A stretch of 64,000 bases of DNA from Macrostomum lignano. Lineage: Eukaryota. The stretch covers positions 17,946-81,945 of the forward strand of contig NIVC01001878.1 of NCBI GenBank assembly GCA_002269645.1. The letters run 5' to 3'. The notes below the pieces were generated by a model, which made no database searches, was not told the origin of the DNA, and saw only the letters and a program-made list of their open reading frames with translations. Positions 22,627-32,778 of the stretch are shown here, piece by piece. The position numbers and the translations under genes are program-made. Every line of letters begins with the position of its first letter. The stretch's first letter is position 1.

Positions 22627-24324
22627 ATGCTTCAACAAGAAGAACAGCACCAAGAAGACTTGCATCAAGACGATCCTCAACAAGACCAGCAACAACCAGA
22701 AGAAGCACTACAAGACAACATGGCCGAAGATTTAGCGCAACTACAGGAGCGTATCAACGACCTGACAAGACAATTGGCACTGCAGCAGACCCGAGATCTA
22801 CCGACAGTTGTCCAAGCCATCAAGCTATCAGTAGGAGACTACGAAATGGGACGCTCATTCGTCCGTTGGTTACGAGAGTTCGAACTTCAAGCGCAAACAT
22901 ATGGACTGGGAAATGCTGAGAGATGTCGACTACTACCACTACTGCTACGACCGAATGCTCGCAATCAATACTCAACTCTGGACGAGGCAACTCGCCTGAA
23001 CTACGAGGAACTGATACCAGCACTACGGGCAATGTTCGACACCCGAAGGATGGACCGATCAACGGCGATTCTACAACTGGCATCCCGCAAGATGCAACCG
23101 GGAGAAGACGTCAACAAATTCATCGCAGATATCACCAACCTGGTCGAGAACTCCGTCTATCAAGAACCAGCCCCGGAAGAAGAAAATGCAGCAGATGCGG
23201 CACTACGGCGACAGAGGAACCAACGGATCATTCAAGATCACATCATGCTACACGTCCAGCAGAACGCAGTTCCGGCACTACGACTTCACCTAGCCAGAGG
23301 ACGCTATCAAACAGTGACGGAAATGACTCGAGAGGTACTGCAATGGCAAGCACTTCACGACATTGAGCGAGAAACCGAGGACACCCGCAAGCTATCGGCA
23401 TTGGTCGCCCAGATGGAGGCGACGATCAAGACAGTGAACAACAGACCGCAACAGTCATGGAACAATCCACGCCCGCGAAGCGGAAACGCAGCGACAAGCT
23501 GCCAGTTATGTCAGAAGCAGGGACATACGGCAGACAGGTGCTATCAGCGCAACCGACAGCAAGGCGCTAGCCCAGGAAGCAGCCGTCAACAGCCACAAGG
23601 AGCCAGAGGCACCAGCAGAAACTGCAACAATTGCGGTAAGCCTGGCCATTTGGCCGCTCAGTGCCGACGTTATTGTCACCATTGTAAGCAGAAGTCTCAC
23701 TGGACAGTTGAATGCGACCGCCCGAGCCCCCAGAGACAGGGCCAACCGGCTCAGCGTCAAGGATACCCGAGCAATAGGAATAACGGCTATCAAGGTCCTC
23801 AGCACAATAACGGCTACCAAGGTCCTCAATACAACAACGGCCGACCAAATCAGCAACGGCAACCACGACAAATCGCGGAAGTAACCGAGGAACAACCTCA
23901 GCAACAGCCACCGGCAGACATTCTAGCTGTGTTCACCCAGGAAGAAGAGAAAACAGCGGAACTAGTGGTGACTCGCGACGACTTCATTCAAGCTCGACGA
24001 CAGCTCCGCAAAGCAGCCAAGGTCAAGATTGGCTACAATACAGCGGTGACACCAACACCGCAACCACGGCAAACTGCAGAAGTAACCAAGGAGCAGCCTC
24101 AGCAACAGCCACCGACGGACACTCCAGCAGAGTCGACCAAGCAAAAAGAGACAGTTACGGAACCAGCGGTAACCCGCGACGACATCATTCAAGCCAGGCG
24201 ACAACTTCGCAAGGCAGTCAAGGAGGTCAAGATCGGCCACATCACGACGCGACACCAACACCGCGCTCCGAGAGCGACCGGACGAGAAGCAAGAGCGACC
24301 ACAGAAGATCGAGAAATGTCCTGA
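22627..24324 (+). CDS. gag: Gag of element 2 (coiled coil, capsid, three CCHC knuckles, Q/N-rich and duplicated C-terminal tail); frame is open upstream of this first ATG
   Basis: FVRWLREFE...LLPLLL...A...Y..L....NYEEL...L...F...QLASRKMQPGEDVNKF capsid pattern; CQLCQKQGHTADRC, CNNCGKPGHLAAQC, CHHCKQKSHWTVEC. Confidence 0.9.
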   Translation: MLQQEEQHQEDLHQDDPQQDQQQPEEALQDNMAEDLAQLQERINDLTRQLALQQTRDLPTVVQAIKLSVGDYEMGRSFVRWLREFELQAQTYGLGNAERCRLLPLLLRPNARNQYSTLDEATRLNYEELIPALRAMFDTRRMDRSTAILQLASRKMQPGEDVNKFIADITNLVENSVYQEPAPEEENAADAALRRQRNQRIIQDHIMLHVQQNAVPALRLHLARGRYQTVTEMTREVLQWQALHDIERETEDTRKLSALVAQMEATIKTVNNRPQQSWNNPRPRSGNAATSCQLCQKQGHTADRCYQRNRQQGASPGSSRQQPQGARGTSRNCNNCGKPGHLAAQCRRYCHHCKQKSHWTVECDRPSPQRQGQPAQRQGYPSNRNNGYQGPQHNNGYQGPQYNNGRPNQQRQPRQIAEVTEEQPQQQPPADILAVFTQEEEKTAELVVTRDDFIQARRQLRKAAKVKIGYNTAVTPTPQPRQTAEVTKEQPQQQPPTDTPAESTKQKETVTEPAVTRDDIIQARRQLRKAVKEVKIGHITTRHQHRAPRATGREARATTEDREMS

Positions 24325-24415
24325 CACTGACGAGCCCAAGCCACAGATAGCGATTCGACAGCCGAGAACTACACCGACATGGAGCCAAAGCCGACGAACA
24401 GCCTCAACCACAGGA

Positions 24416-26290
24416 TGGCTGCTGCGAATAGTACTGCTCGCACTGTTCTGCACCGCGGCTGGCAACGCAACAACGGCACAGCACAGCAGCTACGTGGACA
24501 CACCACTCTACTGCCCAGAAGCGAACAGCCTTCAAGCCTTCAAATTGCCTCCGGACATCGAATGCACAGTCCCGAGTAGCATTCAACAGCATCGGCAACC
24601 GATCAACATCACAGTCTACAAGGAGAACCAGGTATCACACCGGTCTACACTGAAGATATGTTACCGAGAGACCTACACGTTCACGAGTAAGCCACAGATT
24701 GTTGTAACATCACAAGTGGTAAGTCCAGCCATGACTGTTACTGTGCAACAACATTCAGTTTCGAAGGACGATTGTAAAACATGGGAAGAAAACACCCGAA
24801 CCCAAGATGGGACTTTAGAAGCAGGAACTAAGGCTATGGGACAAGCTAAAAGATTCATTACCCATAAGTGGACAACCCAGGAATTGGAACCTACAGCCAG
24901 TACAGCTCAAACCTTCACTCAAACAGTGTCAGTCCTAATCACCCAGGTCTCATTCTTTGTGGAAGAGAAAAAGATGTCTTCGTTAGCCCTCCCTATAGGT
25001 CAATGCGACTACAAGACAGGAACCTGTACCACGACTACTAGCCTCACGGCAGAGAAGGACTCGCCACTGAACCGACAGGCACCAGACAGACTCTGGGCCG
25101 TAATGGAATACTATGATCTCAGCTACACAGTGAGAGGAGATAGACAATACCGCCTAGTATGGACACCCAGCGCAGAGATAGACTGCCCCTATCAAACAGA
25201 CAGATTCATTCAAGGCAAAATTCACACTGGATGGTTCATGTCTAACGACGCTACGTTTGCCCTCACATTCAAACATCCACCTCAGACTAAGGACTTACAA
25301 TGTGGAGACACGACAGTAAAGCTATACAAGTCGGAACAAGGTAAACTAGTCCAGGTGCACGGCTCAGACCAAGAGTTTCGCAGCATAATTGAAGGTTCAT
25401 TCAACAATTCAAGCACCGCTAAGAGACCAAAACGAGACCTCACATCGGACACAACGCTAGCAGCAAAATTACAAGGGCTAGAACTCACAATGGAAGACAG
25501 AATAGGCGACCTTACTCGAAACATGATACTACAACAATGCAAGCATCAGCAAACACTGTTTCGGTACATAAAAGATCTTTTTCTTATGCAGCCCACCCTA
25601 GCAGCGCGCACTTTGTTCAAAGACAGCCAATTAAAAGCCACCACGCTAGCACAGCATGTAGTCATTTCTAAGTGCCTACCCATCAGAAACTTTCGTTTTC
25701 ACCAACCAAGATGGGATGAGAATATCTGCTTTACCAAACCACCAATTGCCTTCACGATATTCAACATGAACCACACAGGCTTTCTAGATGTTAGAACCCT
25801 GGAAATCCAAAAGGAACACCCGCCATTTCACGATTGCTCTAACCAAACGTCGTATTTCCTACCAAAAGGAGACGAAATCTACAAAACAGACCTCAACTTT
25901 ACGAAATTTACTGTGCAAACGGTCACTAAGCTAGAAAGAGAAGCGTGGGGGGTAACCCTCATAAAACCCCCAGAGATTCAGCATGTCATATTCACTCCTG
26001 ATGGAGACATCAGGATAGCCGATCTCAAAAGCCCGGTCACAGTACACGACTTGTACAACCAGCTAAATGACCAGAGAGAGTTCTTAAGAACTGTTTTCAA
26101 ACTGCCCAAGTCAGAAACCTCTCACTCTATACATCTTCCACCGTTAGATGCCACCATAGCGGAAGGCACCTTTGATCCAGCAAGTTGGCTACCATGGCTA
26201 GGCATGCGAGTGAATCTTTTCGATATCGCTGTAGGAGTAGCTGCCATTGGGTTCTACATATATCTTTTATACCAAATGATCCTTATCTGC
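24416..26290 (+). CDS. env: Envelope glycoprotein, class III fusogen-like (herpes gB / chuvirus G type), inside the frame open from 24173 to 27700
   Basis: Signal-like WLLRIVLLALFCTAAG (24416-24463), 12 ectodomain Cys, several N-X-S/T sequons, furin site KRPKR (25421-25435), helix LAAKLQGL...QQC, QPTLAARTL...ATTLAQHVVISKC motif, TM segment 26216-26290. Confidence 0.8.
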
Positions 26291-26539
26291 CACAGACTCA
26301 ACAAACAGAAGTACCAACGTCCTGGCATCCGCACGATCCAGCGCAAAGCTGCTGCAAAGCAAGAACAGCAGGAGCTACAGGAGTTACGAGCACCGCTAGT
26401 AGCGAACTCGACAAGCCAGAACACGCGGCAGGAGACCACGACAACCAGACAGGCACCACAGCGCCCGCCACCGTGGACGCCACCAGCACCAGCATCAACA
26501 GGACTCTACCCGAAGATAGAGTCCAGTTGGCCACCTCCG

Positions 26540-27505
26540 ATGGTGGCGACGGTCAACAACGGCCAGAAGCAGAAGTACACAATCACCCGACTTCAAGTGG
26601 GAACGCGATCCTGCCGAGCCCTGATCGACAGTGGAGCCGAACGATCCTTAATCGACGAAGCCACAGCAAAGCGATACGGCAGGACCTTCAAGCCGGCCAC
26701 AGTTGAACTGCAAGGAGTACAAGGCTCACGACTACAGCAATCCGGCATGATCAACCTCCCTGTGGAAGCTGGCGACACCACGGCTGACGTTGAGTTCCAC
26801 GTTATTCCCAATTTGAGTTCAGGAACTTATCAAGTCTTATTAGGCATCGATTACTTATCTCAACTAAATCAGGGCGTGCTCGTAAACTATCAGCAACAGA
26901 ATATCCATCTCAACGGGAAATGCTATGACATCCTCGCTATCACTACAAAAGAACCCGTTAACTGCATCAGATTAGTCTCTACAGTCAATCTCAATCCATG
27001 GGAAACAACTCGAATTTCCGCAAGAGCCATCGCCAGAGAGAAACTACCTCCAGCTATGCTTTTCGAACCCAACGAACGTATCCTAGAGAAGAAACCCATT
27101 TGCCTTACACCCGAATTGGTATACCCTGACGAGTCAGGAGAGGTTCAAGTCATCATTTCAAACGAATCGGCAACCCCAATGACACTATATCCAGACACCA
27201 ACATAGGATCTTTCGATACAGAAATCCAAGCCTTTGAAATTGCCGAAATCCAGTCAGAAACCCCAACAATGACGGAACAAGAGTTCAAGAACGCCATTGA
27301 TCTCAAAGGATCCAACCTGACAGAATCCCAGAAAGAACAGCTCATTAAGGTTCTCTGGGACAACAAGAAAGCCTTTTGCCTATCCGAGGAGGAAATAGGA
27401 TACACAGATGTAGCGAAACACGAGCTTCACATTAAGCCTAACGTGGAGATTAAGCTCAACAAACGGTACCCAATCCCATACCAACTCACGGGAGAACTCC
27501 AAAAA
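26540..27505 (+). CDS. pol: Aspartic protease, beta-rich spacer and start of RT, in frame with env
   Basis: RALIDSGAERSLI (Asp codon at 26627), VLLGIDYL, then YPIPYQL at the RT N-terminus. Confidence 0.9.
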
Positions 27506-30240
27506 TCATCGATAGAATGGAAATGCAAGGAATTCTTAGAAAAGCAGCCACCCCGTACATCTCACCAATTCTATTGGTCAAGAAGAAACCGGAATCGCCT
27601 CAAGCCAAACCAGTGTACCGTCTCTGTGTTGATTTTCGGGACCTCAACCAAATCCTGGTCCCAGAAAGGCAATGCATGCCCCGAATCCCAGACCTCTTAG
27701 CCAAATTAAAGGGATCAGAATATTTCACTACTCTCGACATGGCGCAAGCATTTTTTCAAGTGGCGCTAGAAGAAGAAAGTCAGAAGTATTGTGGCATCTC
27801 CACGCCCGACGGACAAACTTACGTCTTCACCAGAGCCCCAATGGGTCTACAAACCTCACCAGCAGCCCTCTCTAGAGCAGCTAGCTTAATCCTTCAAGGG
27901 ATTAACAGAGTCTCAACATACGTAGACGACCTACTTGTCTTCAATGAGACATTTGAAGACCATCTCGAGACATTGAAAGCTACACTAGAAGCTCTAGGAA
28001 AGTACGGCATGAAGTTGAAATTACAAAAGTGCAAATTCGCTAAGCCCACAATCACATTCCTAGGACATAAGATAGACAAAAATGGAATACAGATTGATAG
28101 AGCTTTAGTCGACAAAGTGCAGAAGGTACCAAAGCCACAAAATGTCACACAGCTCAGATGTTTCCTAGGACTCTGCAATTTCTTTCGCAAACACGTACCT
28201 AACTACGCCAAGAAAGCCAAGCCACTCACAGACCTGCTTAAGGGCACACCGAACACTAAGGCTCAAGCATCCAAAACCCCACTAAAGTGGACAGAAGAAG
28301 CGACCCAGACCTTTGAAGACATGAAAAAATGGATAGCAGAAGATCTCAGACTCACTCACCCTGACTTTAATAAACAGTTCATTGTCTCCAGCGACGCTTC
28401 TACAAAAGGCATAGGCGCAATGCTCTCACAGAAAGATGAGACAGGAAAAGAAAAACCAATAGCATTCACGAGTCGACAACTGAGAGAGGCAGAGACAAGA
28501 TATGCGGTCACCCATTTAGAACTCTTAGCCGTCTTTTACGCATTCAAGACATTCGAACAATTTCTGTACGCAGCACAAATACCCACATTGCTAAGAATAG
28601 ATCATGCACCACTCAGAGGTCTACTCACAGGGAAAACCCTGCGGAACAATCAGGTACTCAGATGGCTTCTCTATTTACAACAGTTTCAAATGCAAATTGA
28701 GTACGTCCCAGGCGCATCCACCAAACACGCAGTCCCAGACGCACTCTCAAGACTATATGAGGACCAAGAGACACCCATTAACTTTGTCACGATCAAGCAC
28801 CCGATACCACACCTGCAAGCCTTAAAAGAGGCTCAAGCAGAAGACCCATTCTGCCAAGGCATTCGAGCACTATGGGAACAAAAGCCCATGGATGACAGCT
28901 TAGCTATGAGATACAAAAGACACATCCAGCGACATCTATCGGACTATGCGGATATTCACGGAATCATTCACAGGACAGCAGATCACACCCAACAAATAGT
29001 GCTCCCATTCAAGTACCGTGAAACAATCTGCCACTCGTTACACGCACTACCACTAGCAGCGCACTTAGGCTTTGACAAAACCCTAGAAAGAATTAGGCGA
29101 CACTATTTTTGGATCTCAATGGTTTCCGATATTCGAACCTTCTGTCAAGACTGCATGGATTGCGCTAAGAACAAATCTGGCCAACTGCATAAGGGACTCA
29201 TCCAAATGCCTGAAATTCCGATGAAACCAATGGACAAGCTATCAGTAGACCTAGTAGGACCCATGGTCCCCACGAAAATCCGGAACGAGACCGTCACCCA
29301 CATCCTGACTATCCTGTGTTGTTTTTCAAAATTCGCCTTTGCATTCCCGATTCCAGATCTATCAGCAGAAACCACAGCCGAAACTTTGTTCCAAGTCTTC
29401 TGTATGTTTGGAATCCCGATGGAAATTTCCACCGATAATGGAAAAAATTTCACGGCATCGCTATTAGCGGAAGCTCTAGAAATTCTGGGAGTCAAGCACA
29501 TCTTCTCGTCTACCTACCATCCGCAAGCAAACCACGTAGAGAGACTACACTCTACCCTACATAACATGCTTAGACATTACACTGCGGAGAATCCAAACGA
29601 ATGGCATAAATATCTATCAGCCACAATCTACGCCTACAATACAGCCAAGCAATCCTCTTCAACTTATTCTCCCTTCGAATTGGTTTTCGCAAGGAAACCC
29701 CTGATGCCCACAGAGCTCACAACTCAGCTGAACCTAGTAAGATACATGGATGAGCCGTCCTATGCAGCCCGAATGCAAGAAGCTATCACCCTGGCTAGAG
29801 ACATAGCCAGACACCATCTCAAAGTGGCCCAGGAAAAGAACACAGGCAGAGCTAACAAAAACCGAATGGCCCCTACATTAGCCATAGGCACCAGAGTTAT
29901 GCTACAGATCCCAATGAGACAGGGAAAGCATCAAGCCAAGTTCACGGGTCCATACGAAATTGTGAAAAGAAATAGTGTCACGTCCGTCATGATAAGGAAA
30001 ATTGACGATCCGACTCAAGAACCCTTTCAGGTGCACACGGACAGGCTAAAGCCAATAGCATCGCCAACACCTAAGGTACTGCTCCCCGATCTGCGCCCGA
30101 GTGATCCGCGAAGACTGCAACGCCAGCACCGGCAACTGTTCAGCAAGGAAGTGGGCGTACAAGCTGATGACGAGACGCTCGCGGACACAGTTCGAAAGAA
30201 GTACAATCTAAGGAGCAAACCCATACTCCTAGACAAATGA
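27505..30240 (+). CDS. pol: RT-RNaseH-integrase of element 2 (-1 frame relative to env-PR)
   Basis: RLCVDFRDLN, APMGL, YVDDLL, SSDASTKGIGA, HLELLAV, HALPLAAH...CQDCMDC, SVDLVGP/STDNGKNF/VERLH, GPY motif. One extra A in the run at 27501-27505 restores LQKIIDRMEMQG. Confidence 0.93.
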   Translation: MIDRMEMQGILRKAATPYISPILLVKKKPESPQAKPVYRLCVDFRDLNQILVPERQCMPRIPDLLAKLKGSEYFTTLDMAQAFFQVALEEESQKYCGISTPDGQTYVFTRAPMGLQTSPAALSRAASLILQGINRVSTYVDDLLVFNETFEDHLETLKATLEALGKYGMKLKLQKCKFAKPTITFLGHKIDKNGIQIDRALVDKVQKVPKPQNVTQLRCFLGLCNFFRKHVPNYAKKAKPLTDLLKGTPNTKAQASKTPLKWTEEATQTFEDMKKWIAEDLRLTHPDFNKQFIVSSDASTKGIGAMLSQKDETGKEKPIAFTSRQLREAETRYAVTHLELLAVFYAFKTFEQFLYAAQIPTLLRIDHAPLRGLLTGKTLRNNQVLRWLLYLQQFQMQIEYVPGASTKHAVPDALSRLYEDQETPINFVTIKHPIPHLQALKEAQAEDPFCQGIRALWEQKPMDDSLAMRYKRHIQRHLSDYADIHGIIHRTADHTQQIVLPFKYRETICHSLHALPLAAHLGFDKTLERIRRHYFWISMVSDIRTFCQDCMDCAKNKSGQLHKGLIQMPEIPMKPMDKLSVDLVGPMVPTKIRNETVTHILTILCCFSKFAFAFPIPDLSAETTAETLFQVFCMFGIPMEISTDNGKNFTASLLAEALEILGVKHIFSSTYHPQANHVERLHSTLHNMLRHYTAENPNEWHKYLSATIYAYNTAKQSSSTYSPFELVFARKPLMPTELTTQLNLVRYMDEPSYAARMQEAITLARDIARHHLKVAQEKNTGRANKNRMAPTLAIGTRVMLQIPMRQGKHQAKFTGPYEIVKRNSVTSVMIRKIDDPTQEPFQVHTDRLKPIASPTPKVLLPDLRPSDPRRLQRQHRQLFSKEVGVQADDETLADTVRKKYNLRSKPILLDK

Positions 30241-30400
30241 TGTCAGGAGATGGGGGGAGAGTACAGAGACTATAAAGACTATTTGATTTACGTATTCATT
30301 CGTTGGCGTGCTGTGCACACTAGATATAGATATCCACACTAACTATTCACTCAAATATCAATACTTAATTTTACCCTTCTAAAATTACTCATTATACCAG

Positions 30401-31183
30401 ATGTATGACCGACAGCTCGATACGCTAGATGACTGTACCCTGGGAGACGAAGATACCCAGACACCGTGTCCTATAGTTCGACCTCTCTTCAAGCCAACAT
30501 CTCACACCGAAACTGATGACCCTAAGTGGCCCGAGCAAGATATGTCAACATGGACAGAACAACAGCTGGACAAGCTACGACAGGAATGGCAACGACGCCG
30601 ACCTACGCTCCCACGACAAGCAAGCACGGCAACATCGGCGAGCAACGATTTCCGCCAGGCTAAAACACTCGCAGAGCGATTCCAAACAGCTCTGGCGGCA
30701 CAGACGGTAGTTCAAAGCAAGCCGGCGCGGTATGATGAAACGAAACTGTTTGACATTCACCAGCAGATGCTTGACATGCCACTAATACCCGCTAACATCG
30801 TCACACACCTTACTACGCGACGCATCCTGTCAGATCCTAAAGACCCACGCTGGTTACTCTCTGACTATTCTATCTTGAACTTCAACACGACGCTCTTTTT
30901 CCTCTACGACGACACAGCTGCGTTCTCTTGTCTCCGTATCATAGTATGGAACAGCAGGGTGACGACAACCCTAATCCATCCTCGTGGACCGACCAGCACA
31001 CTATCACTCCAAGCCGACATGCTTATCACTTATCTACTCAACACCTTAAATTATCACGGCATCGAAATCAAACCCAAGGAACGGCAATCGATAGCCACGA
31101 TTGCGTATTCACCGGCCAACCTACAATGGCACCACCTTTTCACAGCGTTGAAAGCAGCAGAAGGCCCCAACCTGGACCCTTGA
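30401..31183 (+). CDS. Accessory ORF A of element 2 (260 aa, unknown function)
   Basis: Intact ORF inside the element; the ATG is directly preceded by a pyrimidine-rich tract and CCAG (acceptor-like); no family recognised. Confidence 0.6.
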   Translation: MYDRQLDTLDDCTLGDEDTQTPCPIVRPLFKPTSHTETDDPKWPEQDMSTWTEQQLDKLRQEWQRRRPTLPRQASTATSASNDFRQAKTLAERFQTALAAQTVVQSKPARYDETKLFDIHQQMLDMPLIPANIVTHLTTRRILSDPKDPRWLLSDYSILNFNTTLFFLYDDTAAFSCLRIIVWNSRVTTTLIHPRGPTSTLSLQADMLITYLLNTLNYHGIEIKPKERQSIATIAYSPANLQWHHLFTALKAAEGPNLDP

Positions 31184-31663
31184 GGTGCTATAGGAAGGCC
31201 CGGTTGCAAGAGAACAAAAGGATAATACAAGGGATGAAATACTGCCCTAGGGTTGTAGCGAATTGGTGGGATACCAATCCGCCTCATCCCTGAGGCACCT
31301 TCACCCACAGGTACGCTCCTTTGTTCAATGCAGCCTCACAGCAGGGCGGTCTACTCTTGGGATAAGACTAGACCAAACGAAAGTGAATTTTTGAAGCGAG
31401 CTACAACGCTATATAATCTAACACTAACCACATTAACCTTGAAACAAATTGTATCCACAAATATTGCTCATCCTGATAATTTTTGCACCCGAATTGTATC
31501 TCTCGATATATTCTCTATGTTACTCTTTATTCTCAACGTCGTGATATTCGACGCCCACTGACACTTATACACCCGATTGATAACCATGTTTATGACATAC
31601 AAAATAGACTTCCCGAATATATATTGTTATTAAATAATCTAATCAATGCAATCATTTTGCTTA

Positions 31664-31924
31664 CTAGGCAGGTAGGGCCTGGTAACGACGCCGGTAGAGG
31701 CAGCAGAATAATAGAACTAGGAGTAGACACAGGAGGAGGCCGCCGCCCCCCACTCCGCCCAGCCAACCTTGTAGTGTACGTAGCCCATAATCTTGCGAAA
31801 CCGATCGTGATTCCAAGTAAAGCAGTCGCCGCTCGAGACCGACAGACCGGTCTTCCACGGCGTGTAGACGCTCCTTCAACTCGCCAATAATGCGAATCAA
31901 ACGTTGCATAGCAAACTCAGACAT
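31664..31924 (-). CDS. Antisense accessory ORF B (86 aa from first ATG): coiled coil, C-terminal TM helix, CC, RRR
   Basis: Heptad LIRIIGELKERLHAVEDRSVGLERRLLYLE followed by GGGGLLLCLLLVLLFCCLYRRRY. Confidence 0.55.
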   Translation of the reverse strand: MSEFAMQRLIRIIGELKERLHAVEDRSVGLERRLLYLESRSVSQDYGLRTLQGWLGGVGGGGLLLCLLLVLLFCCLYRRRYQALPA

Positions 31925-32240
31925 AATGAGATCAGTTAGCGTTAAGGGCAATCGGAAAACAAGCTGAATAGATAACTTTAGGGGCTACTCTCACATGCGC
32001 CGCGTTTAAAAACGGAAGGAGCCGGCGATTAGAAAAGAAAGGACCCCCCCTGCGGCTCCAAGTCCAGATTCAAAACCCCTCCCCCATGCGTCCCGCCACA
32101 CCCACCACCCCATGTACGCAGGGGATAGATCTAATGTACAGTCGAACCGCTAAGCGAAGCTTTAGGCCAAGGACGATACACACTAAAACCGCCACACGGA
32201 AAATCAATAGCACACTCTTGCTTAATTTCAGAGCATTCCC

Positions 32241-32558
32241 ATGGCCACTTACTCACCCGAAGACGCTTATGCTCGGCGACCCGGCGAAGCCTTTGTGGAC
32301 GTAAATCTCCACGTCCACAAGTGCATCAAAAAGGATGCGCAGACGCAAGTCGCCGAGAGCGACATAGATGGGGGCCATTCAGTGGCCACCCAAGTTGACA
32401 ACGACGCCGAGTGGGGACGCGAGATGACCCCCACGGAGATACCGTGGAGGGGAGGCGACTACACGGCCTCCAGTACCATTCGACCCTGGCCCACACTGCA
32501 GGGATATCGTCAGTACCTATGGGCCAGAAGCGGCAATGTTCAGCTTGAAGATGACTAA
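32241..32558 (+). CDS. Accessory ORF C (105 aa, acidic, two TQV motifs)
   Basis: Intact ORF with a TTTCAG acceptor-like site 9 nt upstream; KDAQTQV and HSVATQV. Confidence 0.5.
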   Translation: MATYSPEDAYARRPGEAFVDVNLHVHKCIKKDAQTQVAESDIDGGHSVATQVDNDAEWGREMTPTEIPWRGGDYTASSTIRPWPTLQGYRQYLWARSGNVQLEDD

Positions 32559-32778
32559 ATACGGCCCATAGATACGACTGTGAACTGTTTCCCCTCAATT
32601 AATTTCCCAGGTTTCGCCTCTTTACACCTTTAACTATCTACGTCTCCAGACGCTTGACTCGTATACAGATTTCTAACGTCTTATATTTGATAATTTCAGT
32701 ACCTGCAATGTCGTTTAGCCCTGATGTCGATTGATCAAATCCTTGTTAGCACAAGGATTTCGAAAAAAGGGGGAATCA

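Noticed and set aside
27454-27700. Programmed -1 frameshift between env-PR and RT
   Set aside because: The break lies inside the RT N-terminus at a 5-A run, lacks a canonical X XXY YYZ heptamer, and matches the 1-nt deletion pattern seen in host genes. An indel is more likely, though reads are needed to exclude recoding.
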